DNA from: an uncultured Bacteroidaceae bacterium
GTDB taxonomy: Bacteria > Bacteroidota > Bacteroidia > Bacteroidales > SM23-62
Length of the DNA stretch: 64,000 nt
Direction of reading: 5' to 3'
NCBI GenBank assembly: GCA_964406005.1
Contig: CAYOPZ010000013.1
Location: forward strand, 886-64,885
This document shows, piece after piece, positions 49,979-58,658 of the stretch (position 1 is the first letter of the stretch; each line of letters starts with the position of its first letter). Below the pieces are notes generated by a model. That model had not been told where the DNA came from. It was given only the letters and a program-made list of their open reading frames with translations, and made no database searches. Both the position numbers and the translations under genes were made by a program.

Positions 49979-51583
49979 ATGGATATGAAACGAATAAAAC
50001 AACGGGCAATAAACAGGAATAAGATTGTCATTAACCGCGAATTGAGTATTACGGTTTCACTGCTGGCTATTTTATTCATGATGACCAGCTGTACCCTTCG
50101 GAAAACATCCCAGGAGCAGGTTAAACCACGTATTGTGGTTACATGTGATCCTGAGCTGGACGACTTGAATTCAATCATCCGCTTTTTACTCTATAGCACC
50201 GATTTCAGGGTGGAAGGCCTCATTTATGCCAGCAGCCAGTACCACTGGAAAGGAGATGGCAAAGGAACCAGGTGGTTCGTTCCAGGGCGGGAATATACAC
50301 GATTCGGACTGAATATGGGACCAATGGAATCCTGGCGCTGGGCTGAAAACGAGCGCTTCATTGACGATGCCGTAGAAGCTTACGGGCAGGTCTATCCGAA
50401 TCTTAAGGTACACGATCCGGATTATCCTGCTCCTGAATATCTCAAGTCAAAAATCCGGGTTGGAAATATCGAGTTTGATGGTGATATTTCCAAGGATTCG
50501 CCGGGATCAGATCTGATCAAGTCCCTGATGCTTGACGATGTTCCGGGTCCACTGTTCATTACGGCTCAGGGAGGAGCCAGCACAATTGCCCGGGCTTTAA
50601 AATCCATCCGGGAAACTTATGAGAATACACCTGAATGGGAGGGTTTAAAAGAAAAGATTTCAAAAAAAGTCATTTTAAGCCTGTCAGGCGATCAGGATGA
50701 TACGTATGCAAATTACATTCAGCCAAATTGGCCTGATATGGAAACACTGCAGGTTCGCGGAGGAAATATTGGTCTTGGTTACAATGCCCAGGCGAGTGTT
50801 AAGCCGGAATATGCTTTTTATTATGAGCCTGAGTGGGTGGAGGAGAATATCTCCAGCAAAGGGCCGCTGGGAGCCATGTACCGTGTTTGGGGAGACGGCA
50901 AACAGATGGTCAAGGGCGATATCTTCGATTATTTCGGCATGTCGGGTTACACAGATGAAGAACTCAGGGAAATGGGATACATCGTCTGGACACCGGTGCA
51001 GGAAAAAGGCTCCTGGTTGGGAGAAGGGGATACCCATACCTTCTTGAACCTTCTTGATAACGGATTGCGGGCATATGAAGATCAAACATGGGGAGGTTGG
51101 GCCGGTCGTAAAGGTGAGAATCCCGTGCCAACGGATTTTTCTGCCTTACCGACTGATTCAGCTGCCATGGCATCCTTTATGAGACAAGATTCAGATCCGG
51201 ATTTTCCTGATTTCCTGCCGGCAGTACAAAATGGTATTGCGGCTCGTTTTTTATGGTCTGTGACACCCGATTATGAAGATGCAAATCATGAACCAATAAT
51301 AAAGGCGCCTTTGGACATCACGGCCAAACCTGGTGAAAAGGCTAAACTTAAGGCACGTGTTTCTGACCCGGACGGGAATAGCGTTTCACTTAAGTGGATG
51401 CAATTCAGGTCGGGCAGCTATGAAGGAGACGTGGCTGCCGCAGATCCGACATCAGCTTCAACTCCAATAGTAATTCCTGAAGATGCGGAGCCCGGACAAA
51501 CCATCCATATGATTCTTGAGGCGGTTGATGATGGTCAACCTGCTTTAACACGGTATCACAGAGTAATTATTACTGTGGTATAG
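49979..51583 (+). CDS. DUF1593 nucleoside-hydrolase-like lipoprotein (copy 2)
   Basis: Lipobox MTSC, PRIVVTCDPELDD.NS.IR.LLY, EGDT and LTRYHRVII motifs; paralog of 37500-39026. Confidence 0.87.
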   Translation: MDMKRIKQRAINRNKIVINRELSITVSLLAILFMMTSCTLRKTSQEQVKPRIVVTCDPELDDLNSIIRFLLYSTDFRVEGLIYASSQYHWKGDGKGTRWFVPGREYTRFGLNMGPMESWRWAENERFIDDAVEAYGQVYPNLKVHDPDYPAPEYLKSKIRVGNIEFDGDISKDSPGSDLIKSLMLDDVPGPLFITAQGGASTIARALKSIRETYENTPEWEGLKEKISKKVILSLSGDQDDTYANYIQPNWPDMETLQVRGGNIGLGYNAQASVKPEYAFYYEPEWVEENISSKGPLGAMYRVWGDGKQMVKGDIFDYFGMSGYTDEELREMGYIVWTPVQEKGSWLGEGDTHTFLNLLDNGLRAYEDQTWGGWAGRKGENPVPTDFSALPTDSAAMASFMRQDSDPDFPDFLPAVQNGIAARFLWSVTPDYEDANHEPIIKAPLDITAKPGEKAKLKARVSDPDGNSVSLKWMQFRSGSYEGDVAAADPTSASTPIVIPEDAEPGQTIHMILEAVDDGQPALTRYHRVIITVV

Positions 51584-51661
51584 CATAAATTTCAAGTTTA
51601 AAAACTAAACGTATAAAAATGAAAAAGCCGGGTATATTTATGTGCCTGCTTATAGCCACAT

Positions 51662-52129
51662 TTATTCTAAAAATGCATTGTACATCCAGATCATTTTTTC
51701 CTGCTCGTCAATGAATCCGGTGACCAGATCAACGGTTCCGTCATCGCCGGCATCCGCTGCCATGGCTGAAATTTCCCGTTCATCCCCGAGCAATTGCTTC
51801 AGCCCTGCCAGTACTTCCCTTACCGTTTCTTCTGCAGAGGAAACATTCTCTTTTTCCGGCATGCCTGCCAGTTTCAGATATTTCGAAAAGGCATGTGTCG
51901 GGGTCCCTTCCAGCATGATTATCCTTTCGGCAATTTCATCTGCCTTGTCGTTCAAACCGTCGTAAAGCTCTTCGAACTTTTCATGCAGGAGGAAGAATTG
52001 TTTCCCGGTAATGTTCCAGTGAAATCCCCTTACATTCATATAAAACACCTGCACATTGCTTAGCAGTGCATCCAGTTTTCCGACCATCTTTTCAGTATAG
52101 TCTTTGTTTAATCCGATTTGAGTTTCCAT
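51662..52129 (-). CDS. dps: Dps DNA-protection/ferritin-like protein
   Basis: FHWNITG..FF.LHEKFEELY, DEIAERI and EK.IWM motifs. Confidence 0.95.
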   Translation of the reverse strand: METQIGLNKDYTEKMVGKLDALLSNVQVFYMNVRGFHWNITGKQFFLLHEKFEELYDGLNDKADEIAERIIMLEGTPTHAFSKYLKLAGMPEKENVSSAEETVREVLAGLKQLLGDEREISAMAADAGDDGTVDLVTGFIDEQEKMIWMYNAFLE

Positions 52130-52195
52130 AATTTTTAAAATGATTTATCGCAGGTTGTGTGATTCACATTGAAGTATTGTGTTTCCCCGGATTTT

Positions 52196-53332
52196 CTAAG
52201 GCTCCTGCAGATAATGAATGAACAGGACCACAGGGCGATACACGGCATGTGCAAATTTGGTGAAAATGAGCAACAGCACGAGCTCCATGGAAATCACGGT
52301 ATGGATGACAAATACCACCTGGTTCATCAATGTATCGGCATTCAGGGTCACAGCCGTTTCAAGCCAGAAACCCGTGAAGCCGGCCAGCCAGATGAATGCC
52401 AGGAAAAACCAGTCGGCCGTGCTGCTTTTTGCATAAAAATGCGTTGGCCTGGTCAGCCGGTAATATATGGCAAGACTTGCACCGTACATCATCAGCAACC
52501 CTGTGACGGTGCCCAGCAGCCTGGACGGCAGCCAGATGTCGGTCGCCGGATCCTTGAAGATAAAATCCAGGATGGTTGCCAGCAGCAAACCCAGGAAGCC
52601 GATCATGATGGCCCAGTGCACAAACCATGGCTTGATGAACCAGGGTTTTGCCGCCCAGTAAGCATCGTCCTGCCTGTCACATTCCCTGTACCTTTTCATA
52701 GTCACGATCTCACCGGCGGTTTTTACAACGGCTTTCCATATTTTCACCGCTCCAGCCTTGCTTCGTTCCTGTACCTCGCCCGTTCTGTCTTTCCTGAAAC
52801 GGGACAGCATTTTATAAAGCCCGAGAACGGTGATGATCCCGATGAAAACAAATACATACAAACCGAGGTCGTGAACCACATCGAACGGCAGCAGGCTGAA
52901 GATCCACCTGGCGACCTCATGATCCGGTTTCATGGTCATCAGGAGGAAAAACAGTACCATGGCAATGACCAGGGTGATTCCCGTAAATGCAAACGGATTC
53001 CGGAACATAAGCCGGGTCAGGCCCGTAGGTTCGTAATGTGCAATGGCATACCTGCGAAGTGCGGCTACATAGTCTCCGGGCTCGGCTTCCCGCGGGCAGG
53101 TCTGGGAACATTCGCCGCATCCGTAGCAAAGCCAAATCTCCCTGCTCGAAAGGATCTTGTCTTTCATTCCCAGCATACCGTACCTTATCAGGTTTCTGGG
53201 GAAAAATGCATTTTCTTCGGACAACTCACAGATGGCGGTGCAGTTCCCGCAACTGTAGCAGGCACTGAAATCCACGGTGCCGTATGATCGGATTTCCTCT
53301 GCCAGACCCGGATTTAATACGGCTGTACTCAT
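52196..53332 (-). CDS. QmoC-like membrane subunit: N-terminal HdrC-like 2x[4Fe-4S] domain plus NarI/HdrE-like cytochrome b domain
   Basis: CYSCGNCTAIC and WLCYGCGECSQTCP; several TM helices with His in VVHD, FVHW and VIHT; C-terminal KFAHAVYRP. Confidence 0.8.
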   Translation of the reverse strand: MSTAVLNPGLAEEIRSYGTVDFSACYSCGNCTAICELSEENAFFPRNLIRYGMLGMKDKILSSREIWLCYGCGECSQTCPREAEPGDYVAALRRYAIAHYEPTGLTRLMFRNPFAFTGITLVIAMVLFFLLMTMKPDHEVARWIFSLLPFDVVHDLGLYVFVFIGIITVLGLYKMLSRFRKDRTGEVQERSKAGAVKIWKAVVKTAGEIVTMKRYRECDRQDDAYWAAKPWFIKPWFVHWAIMIGFLGLLLATILDFIFKDPATDIWLPSRLLGTVTGLLMMYGASLAIYYRLTRPTHFYAKSSTADWFFLAFIWLAGFTGFWLETAVTLNADTLMNQVVFVIHTVISMELVLLLIFTKFAHAVYRPVVLFIHYLQEP

Positions 53333-53613
53333 TTTTTTAATTGATAGAAATAATATTCATCCATGTCATCCAGCTCCCCGGCAGTGATCAGGCCATACTT
53401 CCTGAGCGACATGACAAAATAGGTCGTTTCGGCCTTGTCGGTGCCCAGCTTTTCAGCCAGTTCGGGAATGGTCAGGGGGCCTTCTTCCAGTGCCTGGCGG
53501 ATGGCCCTTTTCATCCGGTTGAACCGTTTCAGCTCCTCCTTTACAGGGGAGGGAACCTGACGTTCATTTTTTATCAGGTCAAGGGTCGGTGTCGATGTTT
53601 TTTTCTTTTCCAT
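53329..53613 (-). CDS. Small winged-helix (wHTH) protein
   Basis: IRQALEEGPLTIPELAEKLG...VMSLRKYG; translationally coupled within the operon. Confidence 0.75.
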   Translation of the reverse strand: MEKKKTSTPTLDLIKNERQVPSPVKEELKRFNRMKRAIRQALEEGPLTIPELAEKLGTDKAETTYFVMSLRKYGLITAGELDDMDEYYFYQLKK

Positions 53614-53614
53614 A

Positions 53615-55348
53615 TTACTGTTCTTCCGGGATCATCGATTCGATCATCGCTTCGATTTCATCATTTGTATACCCGATAAGGTCAATGGCATCTTCCGGGC
53701 ATACGGGATTGCACATGCCGCATCCTTTGCAGCTTTCCGTGACAACCACGGCGACCTGTTTCCCGTTGTGGCTTTCCTCTTTAATGGCATCGAAGGGACA
53801 TATCCCCGAACACAGGTCGCACCAGGTGCATTTTGCAGGATCGATGCGGGCAATGGTCGGGTCCAGTTCGATCTTTTCTTCCCTCAGCAGGGCATGCGCC
53901 TTGGATACGGCGGACAGGCCGGATTTTACCGATTCCGTAATGTTTTTCGGACCCTGGCTTGTCCCTGCAATAAAGACCCCGTCAATAACCGTTTCGACGG
54001 GACGCAGCTTGGGATGCACTTCATTGAAGAATTTATCCCTCCCCAGGGGGGCTTTAAACAATTCCGCTGTTTTTTCATATCCTTCGGAAGGGACCATTCC
54101 GTTTACCAGAACCAGAAGATCGGGCCTTACTTCAAGTTCCATGCCCATGGTTAGCTGGTCCCTGACTTTAACGGATATTTGCTGATTTTCCATGACAACA
54201 TCCGGGGGATCGTCATCGTCGAATTTCAGAAAAATATCCCCGTTCCTGGAAGCTTCCTCATAGAGCAGCTCATACTTGCCGTAGGTCCGCATCTGGCGGT
54301 ACAGATGGATGCACCGGATACCCGGGTTTGCCTTCCGGATCTGAATGGATGTATCCAGTGTTATGGTACAGCAGATACGGGAACAGTACTTATTGTCGCC
54401 TTCTATCTGGCAGCTTCCCACACAGTAAATAAAGGCGATCTGGCGGACAGGATTCCCGTTCAATGATACAATGGCGCCTTCCTTTTCCAGTTTTTCTTTA
54501 AGTTCGTCAAGTGTGATGACAGCAGGATGCTTGCCGTAGCCGAACTCTCCGTCTCCCGGCCTGTACGGATCGAATCCCGTGGCCAGGATCACCGCGCCTG
54601 TCCGGATCTGATGGTGTTTACGGTCCTGCCCGGGATCGGGGCGATCCGTGAAATCCAGGTTGAAATTGCCGACGCTTCCGCTGACGGCCTGAATCTCGGC
54701 GCCTGTATGTATCCTGATGTTTTTATTTTCTGCCAGTTCATGGTACAGTTCGTCCACAATTTCCTTTCCGCTCCTGTCGCTTCCGGTCAATTTTCCCCAG
54801 AGGGGGATCTTTCCGCCTGCGACATGACTTTTTTCGAGAAGGTATACACTGGTTCCCAGTTGTGCCAGGCCAAGTGCCGTCCGCATTCCCGTGATCCCCG
54901 CACCGATCACCGCCACAGAATTTTCGGCCGTGATGCTGATGGGATCCAGGGCGCGGGCAAACTGCGCTCTGGTGATGCCGGCTTTGATCAGTCTTATGGC
55001 TTTTTCAGTGGCCCTTTCGGGTTGATCCGAATGCGCCCATGAACCCTGTTCGCGGATATTTACATGAACGTACCGGTAGGGATTCATCCCGGCGCGTTTT
55101 GCTACGTTCCTGAAGGTCGGCACATGCAGTTTCGGGGAGCAGGAAGCAACGACCAGCCCCTCCAGCTGTTTGTCCCTGATGTCTTCGATGATCTCATTCT
55201 GCGCCGAATCGGAACAGGCGAACATGGTCGTTTTCAATACGTGAACCCCTTCGATGTCCGCAACGGCCGCTTTTGCCTTTTCCACATCCACGACATCGGA
55301 TATGTTGGATCCGCAATGGCATATATATACCCCTATTCTCTTCTTCAT
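53615..55348 (-). CDS. hdrA: HdrA/QmoB-like flavo-Fe-S subunit (N-terminal cluster domain, FAD domain, C-terminal ferredoxin)
   Basis: GVYICHCG, VASCSPK, NIREQ.SW.H, IGAGITG, CVGS, CSRICC, EVHPKLRPVET, CTWCDLC and CKGCGMC. Confidence 0.87.
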   Translation of the reverse strand: MKKRIGVYICHCGSNISDVVDVEKAKAAVADIEGVHVLKTTMFACSDSAQNEIIEDIRDKQLEGLVVASCSPKLHVPTFRNVAKRAGMNPYRYVHVNIREQGSWAHSDQPERATEKAIRLIKAGITRAQFARALDPISITAENSVAVIGAGITGMRTALGLAQLGTSVYLLEKSHVAGGKIPLWGKLTGSDRSGKEIVDELYHELAENKNIRIHTGAEIQAVSGSVGNFNLDFTDRPDPGQDRKHHQIRTGAVILATGFDPYRPGDGEFGYGKHPAVITLDELKEKLEKEGAIVSLNGNPVRQIAFIYCVGSCQIEGDNKYCSRICCTITLDTSIQIRKANPGIRCIHLYRQMRTYGKYELLYEEASRNGDIFLKFDDDDPPDVVMENQQISVKVRDQLTMGMELEVRPDLLVLVNGMVPSEGYEKTAELFKAPLGRDKFFNEVHPKLRPVETVIDGVFIAGTSQGPKNITESVKSGLSAVSKAHALLREEKIELDPTIARIDPAKCTWCDLCSGICPFDAIKEESHNGKQVAVVVTESCKGCGMCNPVCPEDAIDLIGYTNDEIEAMIESMIPEEQ

Positions 55349-56661
55349 GACAGGTTCCTTAAATAGGCGGCCGCTTCGGCAGACGCATTCCCGGCGCTTA
55401 ATATGGTATCCGGTATGTCCATCGGTCCCGCGGCGGTTCCGGCCACAAAAACACCTTTCATGGAGGTGAGCGACGGGGAGACCAGTTCGTCGGATTGTTC
55501 AATGTAATCGAATTCGTTGGTCAGCGGCCGGTTTCCGTTGAAGGCATCCATAAAGCTCGTATTGGGCAGGAGCCCCACGGAAAGTACCACCAGGTCGTGC
55601 TCGGAGGTCTCCGGCCTGCCTCCGTTTTCTATGTTCTCGTAATGCAGCAGCAGGTCCCCGTTTTCCATTTCCGTGATCCTCGCCACCCGTGATTTGATGA
55701 ATTCAACCCCCATTCCCCTTGACTGTTCATAGAATTCCTGGTATCCTTTTCCGAAAGCCCGGATATCCATGTAATAGATCGTCACGTCGGCCATGGGCAG
55801 CGATCCCATGATCAGCTGGGCCTGCTTGATCGAATACATGCAGCAAACCTGCGAGCATAGCGGGTTTCCCATGGTGTGATCCCTCGACCCCGCACATAAG
55901 ATGTAGGCTATGTTGTCAGGCATCTTTCCGTCGCCGGGCCGCAGGACCGTGTTATAGGGCCGGGTTGGGACCAGCTGCCGTTCCATATGCATGGAATGAA
56001 CCACATTTTTAAATCTGCCGTATCCGTACTGCAGTTTGGTCTCCGCATTGAACAAACGGTAACCGGTGGCAACGATGACGCTCCTGGCTTCGACCGGGAC
56101 GGGGATTTCTTTCTGTGTGAAATCTATGGCATCGGCAGGACAGGCTTTTTCACAGGCGCCGCACAATGTGCAATTGTCAATATCTATCGCGGCGACCCTG
56201 GGCGAGGCCGTACTGAACGGAATGAAGGCCGCTTTTCTCCCCACCAGGTCATACTGGTACTGGTCACGTACGCTGACGGGACAGGCATCCTCACACAACT
56301 GGCATCCCGTGCAATCGTCCTCCCTGACATATCTCGGTTTCTTGATGACCGTCCCCCGGTAGTGGCCGTTGAAGGGTGTGAGGTCCCGGACTTCGGACCA
56401 GGTCATCACCGTGATGTTCGGATGCCTGTCGGTTTCCGACATTTTCGGGGTCGATATGCATGCGGCACAGTCGAGTGTGGGAAAAACCTTGCTCAGGTGG
56501 ATCATTTTTCCGCCGATGGAATAATCCTTTTCCACCAGCAAGACCCTGAACCCCATGTTTGCTAAGCTCAGCGAGGCTTCTTCACCGGCGATCCCGCCTC
56601 CGATCACCAGGGTGTCGTATTGTACGGGTTCTCCTTTGGTATTCTGACTGCTTTTACTCAT
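55345..56661 (-). CDS. hdrA: HdrA/QmoA-like flavo-Fe-S subunit (FAD domain with inserted ferredoxin)
   Basis: IGGGIAG, KVFPTLDCAACI, CTGCQLC, CTLCGAC, CAGSRD, CSQVCCMYSIKQ and YMDIRAFGKG. Confidence 0.88.
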   Translation of the reverse strand: MSKSSQNTKGEPVQYDTLVIGGGIAGEEASLSLANMGFRVLLVEKDYSIGGKMIHLSKVFPTLDCAACISTPKMSETDRHPNITVMTWSEVRDLTPFNGHYRGTVIKKPRYVREDDCTGCQLCEDACPVSVRDQYQYDLVGRKAAFIPFSTASPRVAAIDIDNCTLCGACEKACPADAIDFTQKEIPVPVEARSVIVATGYRLFNAETKLQYGYGRFKNVVHSMHMERQLVPTRPYNTVLRPGDGKMPDNIAYILCAGSRDHTMGNPLCSQVCCMYSIKQAQLIMGSLPMADVTIYYMDIRAFGKGYQEFYEQSRGMGVEFIKSRVARITEMENGDLLLHYENIENGGRPETSEHDLVVLSVGLLPNTSFMDAFNGNRPLTNEFDYIEQSDELVSPSLTSMKGVFVAGTAAGPMDIPDTILSAGNASAEAAAYLRNLS

Positions 56662-56673
56662 TTCATACCCGAA

Positions 56674-57099
56674 TTATGCACTTGTAACTCCGGATCCTTC
56701 CTCCTGCAATGCCGACAATTCCTTGCTGAAGTTCTCGATATGTTTCACAAAGGCTTCTGAGCATACCGAGCAAATGGCGGCCATTTTAAGACGCCTGGGC
56801 GGGATCCCCTTCTCCTTCATGAGCTGATGGGTTTTTGTAACAAGATTTCCCGTGTTGGTGGTGCATGCATCGCTGTAAGGGCAATCCGTACCGTCGGCTG
56901 CGATAAAAACGCCATCGAACCCCTTTTCAAGGGCATGCAGTATCCACCTGGGCTTTATACTGCTCGAACAGGGAACTGAAATGCTGCAGGCACCGGGTGA
57001 ATAGTGCATTTTCAGCAAACCGGCAAGATCTATGGCCGGGTCCGAGATTTTTTCAGTGGAAAAGACCAGAATACTGGGATGAAATTGCCGGTCTGACAT
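56674..57099 (-). CDS. mvhD: MvhD/FlpD-like hydrogenase iron-sulfur subunit with atypical Cys pattern
   Basis: DLAG....Y, VPCS, ILHALEKGFDGV, DC.Y and GI...RL motifs. Confidence 0.78.
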   Translation of the reverse strand: MSDRQFHPSILVFSTEKISDPAIDLAGLLKMHYSPGACSISVPCSSSIKPRWILHALEKGFDGVFIAADGTDCPYSDACTTNTGNLVTKTHQLMKEKGIPPRRLKMAAICSVCSEAFVKHIENFSKELSALQEEGSGVTSA

Positions 57100-57101
57100 T
57101 C

Positions 57102-57353
57102 CTACCCCTTTCTCAGATAGATCCTGAAATAACCGTCTTCCTCCACCACGCCTACGTATTCATGCCCTTTCTTCTGTGCCCATTTGGGGATGTCCCTCTT
57201 GGTCCCCTCGTCGGCTGAAAGCACTTCCATGAGCTGGCCTGTGGAAATATTGGCAATTTCCTTTTTTGCCGCCAGCAGGGGGCCGGGGCATGCCGTTCCC
57301 CTTGCGTCAACCGTCTTGTCGACCGGAAGTGTTTTTAATTCATCAGCATTCAT
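57102..57353 (-). CDS. tusA: TusA/SirA-family sulfur carrier
   Basis: VDARGTACPGP motif; EVLSADEG...DIPKW. Confidence 0.92.
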   Translation of the reverse strand: MNADELKTLPVDKTVDARGTACPGPLLAAKKEIANISTGQLMEVLSADEGTKRDIPKWAQKKGHEYVGVVEEDGYFRIYLRKG

Positions 57354-57375
57354 CGCTTTTTGTGTTTATGGATTA

Positions 57376-57789
57376 TTAAATAAACAGGTGCACATCGGCT
57401 TCCTGTGCAGAAGTTATGTATTCTCCGATGCCGCAGATGTCGTCGCCCAGTTCGTTGAAATCCTCGAGCTTTTCTCCGCCCCATATCTTACCTGCAAGCC
57501 CGCATATATGGATCTTTACATTGGTCATTTCCTTGGCTTCCCTGAAGAACTGCTGCCAGGTGTTGACCTTCAGCCTTTCGAGGGAAGCGAAAAATTCATC
57601 CTTCAGGTGAGGCAATTCTGCCATGGTGCCCTTTTCATTGATATTTTCCTTTTTGAATGCCCTGGCTCCCATAAGCAGGACGAACACATCCACATCCATG
57701 TCGTCGGCTGCTGCACCGCTCAGGATAATTCCTGCTGCAGTCAGTTTATCGACGCTCCCGGAGAAGAGTGCCATTGTCATCTTTTTCAT
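57376..57789 (-). CDS. DsrE2-like (DsrE/DsrF/DrsH) sulfurtransferase
   Basis: FSGSVDKL....I..GAAA, ICGLA conserved Cys and C-terminal LFI. Confidence 0.85.
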   Translation of the reverse strand: MKKMTMALFSGSVDKLTAAGIILSGAAADDMDVDVFVLLMGARAFKKENINEKGTMAELPHLKDEFFASLERLKVNTWQQFFREAKEMTNVKIHICGLAGKIWGGEKLEDFNELGDDICGIGEYITSAQEADVHLFI

Positions 57790-57911
57790 AATGATATTGA
57801 TTTAATAATGATAAATAATCGACACTGCAAAAATCAGTATAATACCTTTTCATTGTCGGGTTGTTCACGTGATGTTCCCGATGGTTTTCAAGTGATATTA
57901 TTCATCCCTGG

Positions 57912-57931
57912 AATGAGACAATCATCACATT
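57912..57931. promoter_or_regulatory. CRP/FNR-type box AA-TGAGA-CAATCA-TCACA-TT
   Basis: One mismatch to TGTGA-N6-TCACA, in the divergent region between dsrE2 and the Crp/Fnr gene. Confidence 0.7.
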
Positions 57932-57968
57932 TTATTAATTTTAAACCTGCTTACTAATTGTTATTACA

Positions 57969-58658
57969 ATGAGAGGACAGGAGATCAAGTGCAAAGATTG
58001 TATTGTAAAGTCCATCCCCGCTGAAAAACTGACGACCGGGGAACTGGATGTCCTGAACAACAACTGTGCGAGGATTGCTTTCAGGAAAGGGGAAAACATC
58101 ATCAAACAGGGGGCTTTTACAACCAATATCGTCTATATTAAATCGGGACTGGTCAAGGAACATATGAAAGGGCCCAACGGGAAGGACGAGATCCTGAAAA
58201 TCACAAAGGCCCCGGCATATATCGGGGTTCCCGCGGCATTGGGAGGACGGGTTCATACATACTCCTGCACGGCCCTGGAGCCCGCGAGCGTTTGTTTCAT
58301 TGACCTGCGTGTCTTCAACGACCTGTTGCTGTCCAATCCTTTTTTTTCCAGGGAACTTATACTGAACCTGAGCAGGGACCTGCTCGAGCATTTCACAAGG
58401 TGTGTCAACAAGACCCAGAAACAGCTCCACGGGAGCCTGGCCGAAGCACTTTTGTACTTATCTGAAAAAATTTATCGTTCCGGTACCTTTAAATTGTCCC
58501 TGACAAGGACAGAGCTGGGAGCCCTGATCGGTACAACCCGTGAAACCGTAACGAGGATACTGCATGAATACACGGAAAACGGATGGATAGGCATCCAGGG
58601 CAAAACCGTGAAGATCCTTAAAAAGGACATGCTTCAAAAAATCTCGGATGCGGGATAG
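57969..58658 (+). CDS. Crp/Fnr-family transcriptional regulator with N-terminal CxxC
   Basis: CKDC, cNMP-like domain (RKGENIIKQG...SGLVK) and HTH LTRTELGALIGTTRETVTRIL. Confidence 0.92.
   Translation: MRGQEIKCKDCIVKSIPAEKLTTGELDVLNNNCARIAFRKGENIIKQGAFTTNIVYIKSGLVKEHMKGPNGKDEILKITKAPAYIGVPAALGGRVHTYSCTALEPASVCFIDLRVFNDLLLSNPFFSRELILNLSRDLLEHFTRCVNKTQKQLHGSLAEALLYLSEKIYRSGTFKLSLTRTELGALIGTTRETVTRILHEYTENGWIGIQGKTVKILKKDMLQKISDAG

Noticed and set aside
52169-53287. 372-aa plus-strand ORF
   Set aside because: Antisense shadow of the qmoC-like gene, with no recognisable motifs.
53615-57099. Possible selenocysteine recoding in HdrA/MvhD
   Set aside because: The ORFs are uninterrupted; missing Cys positions are ordinary sense codons, not in-frame TGA.
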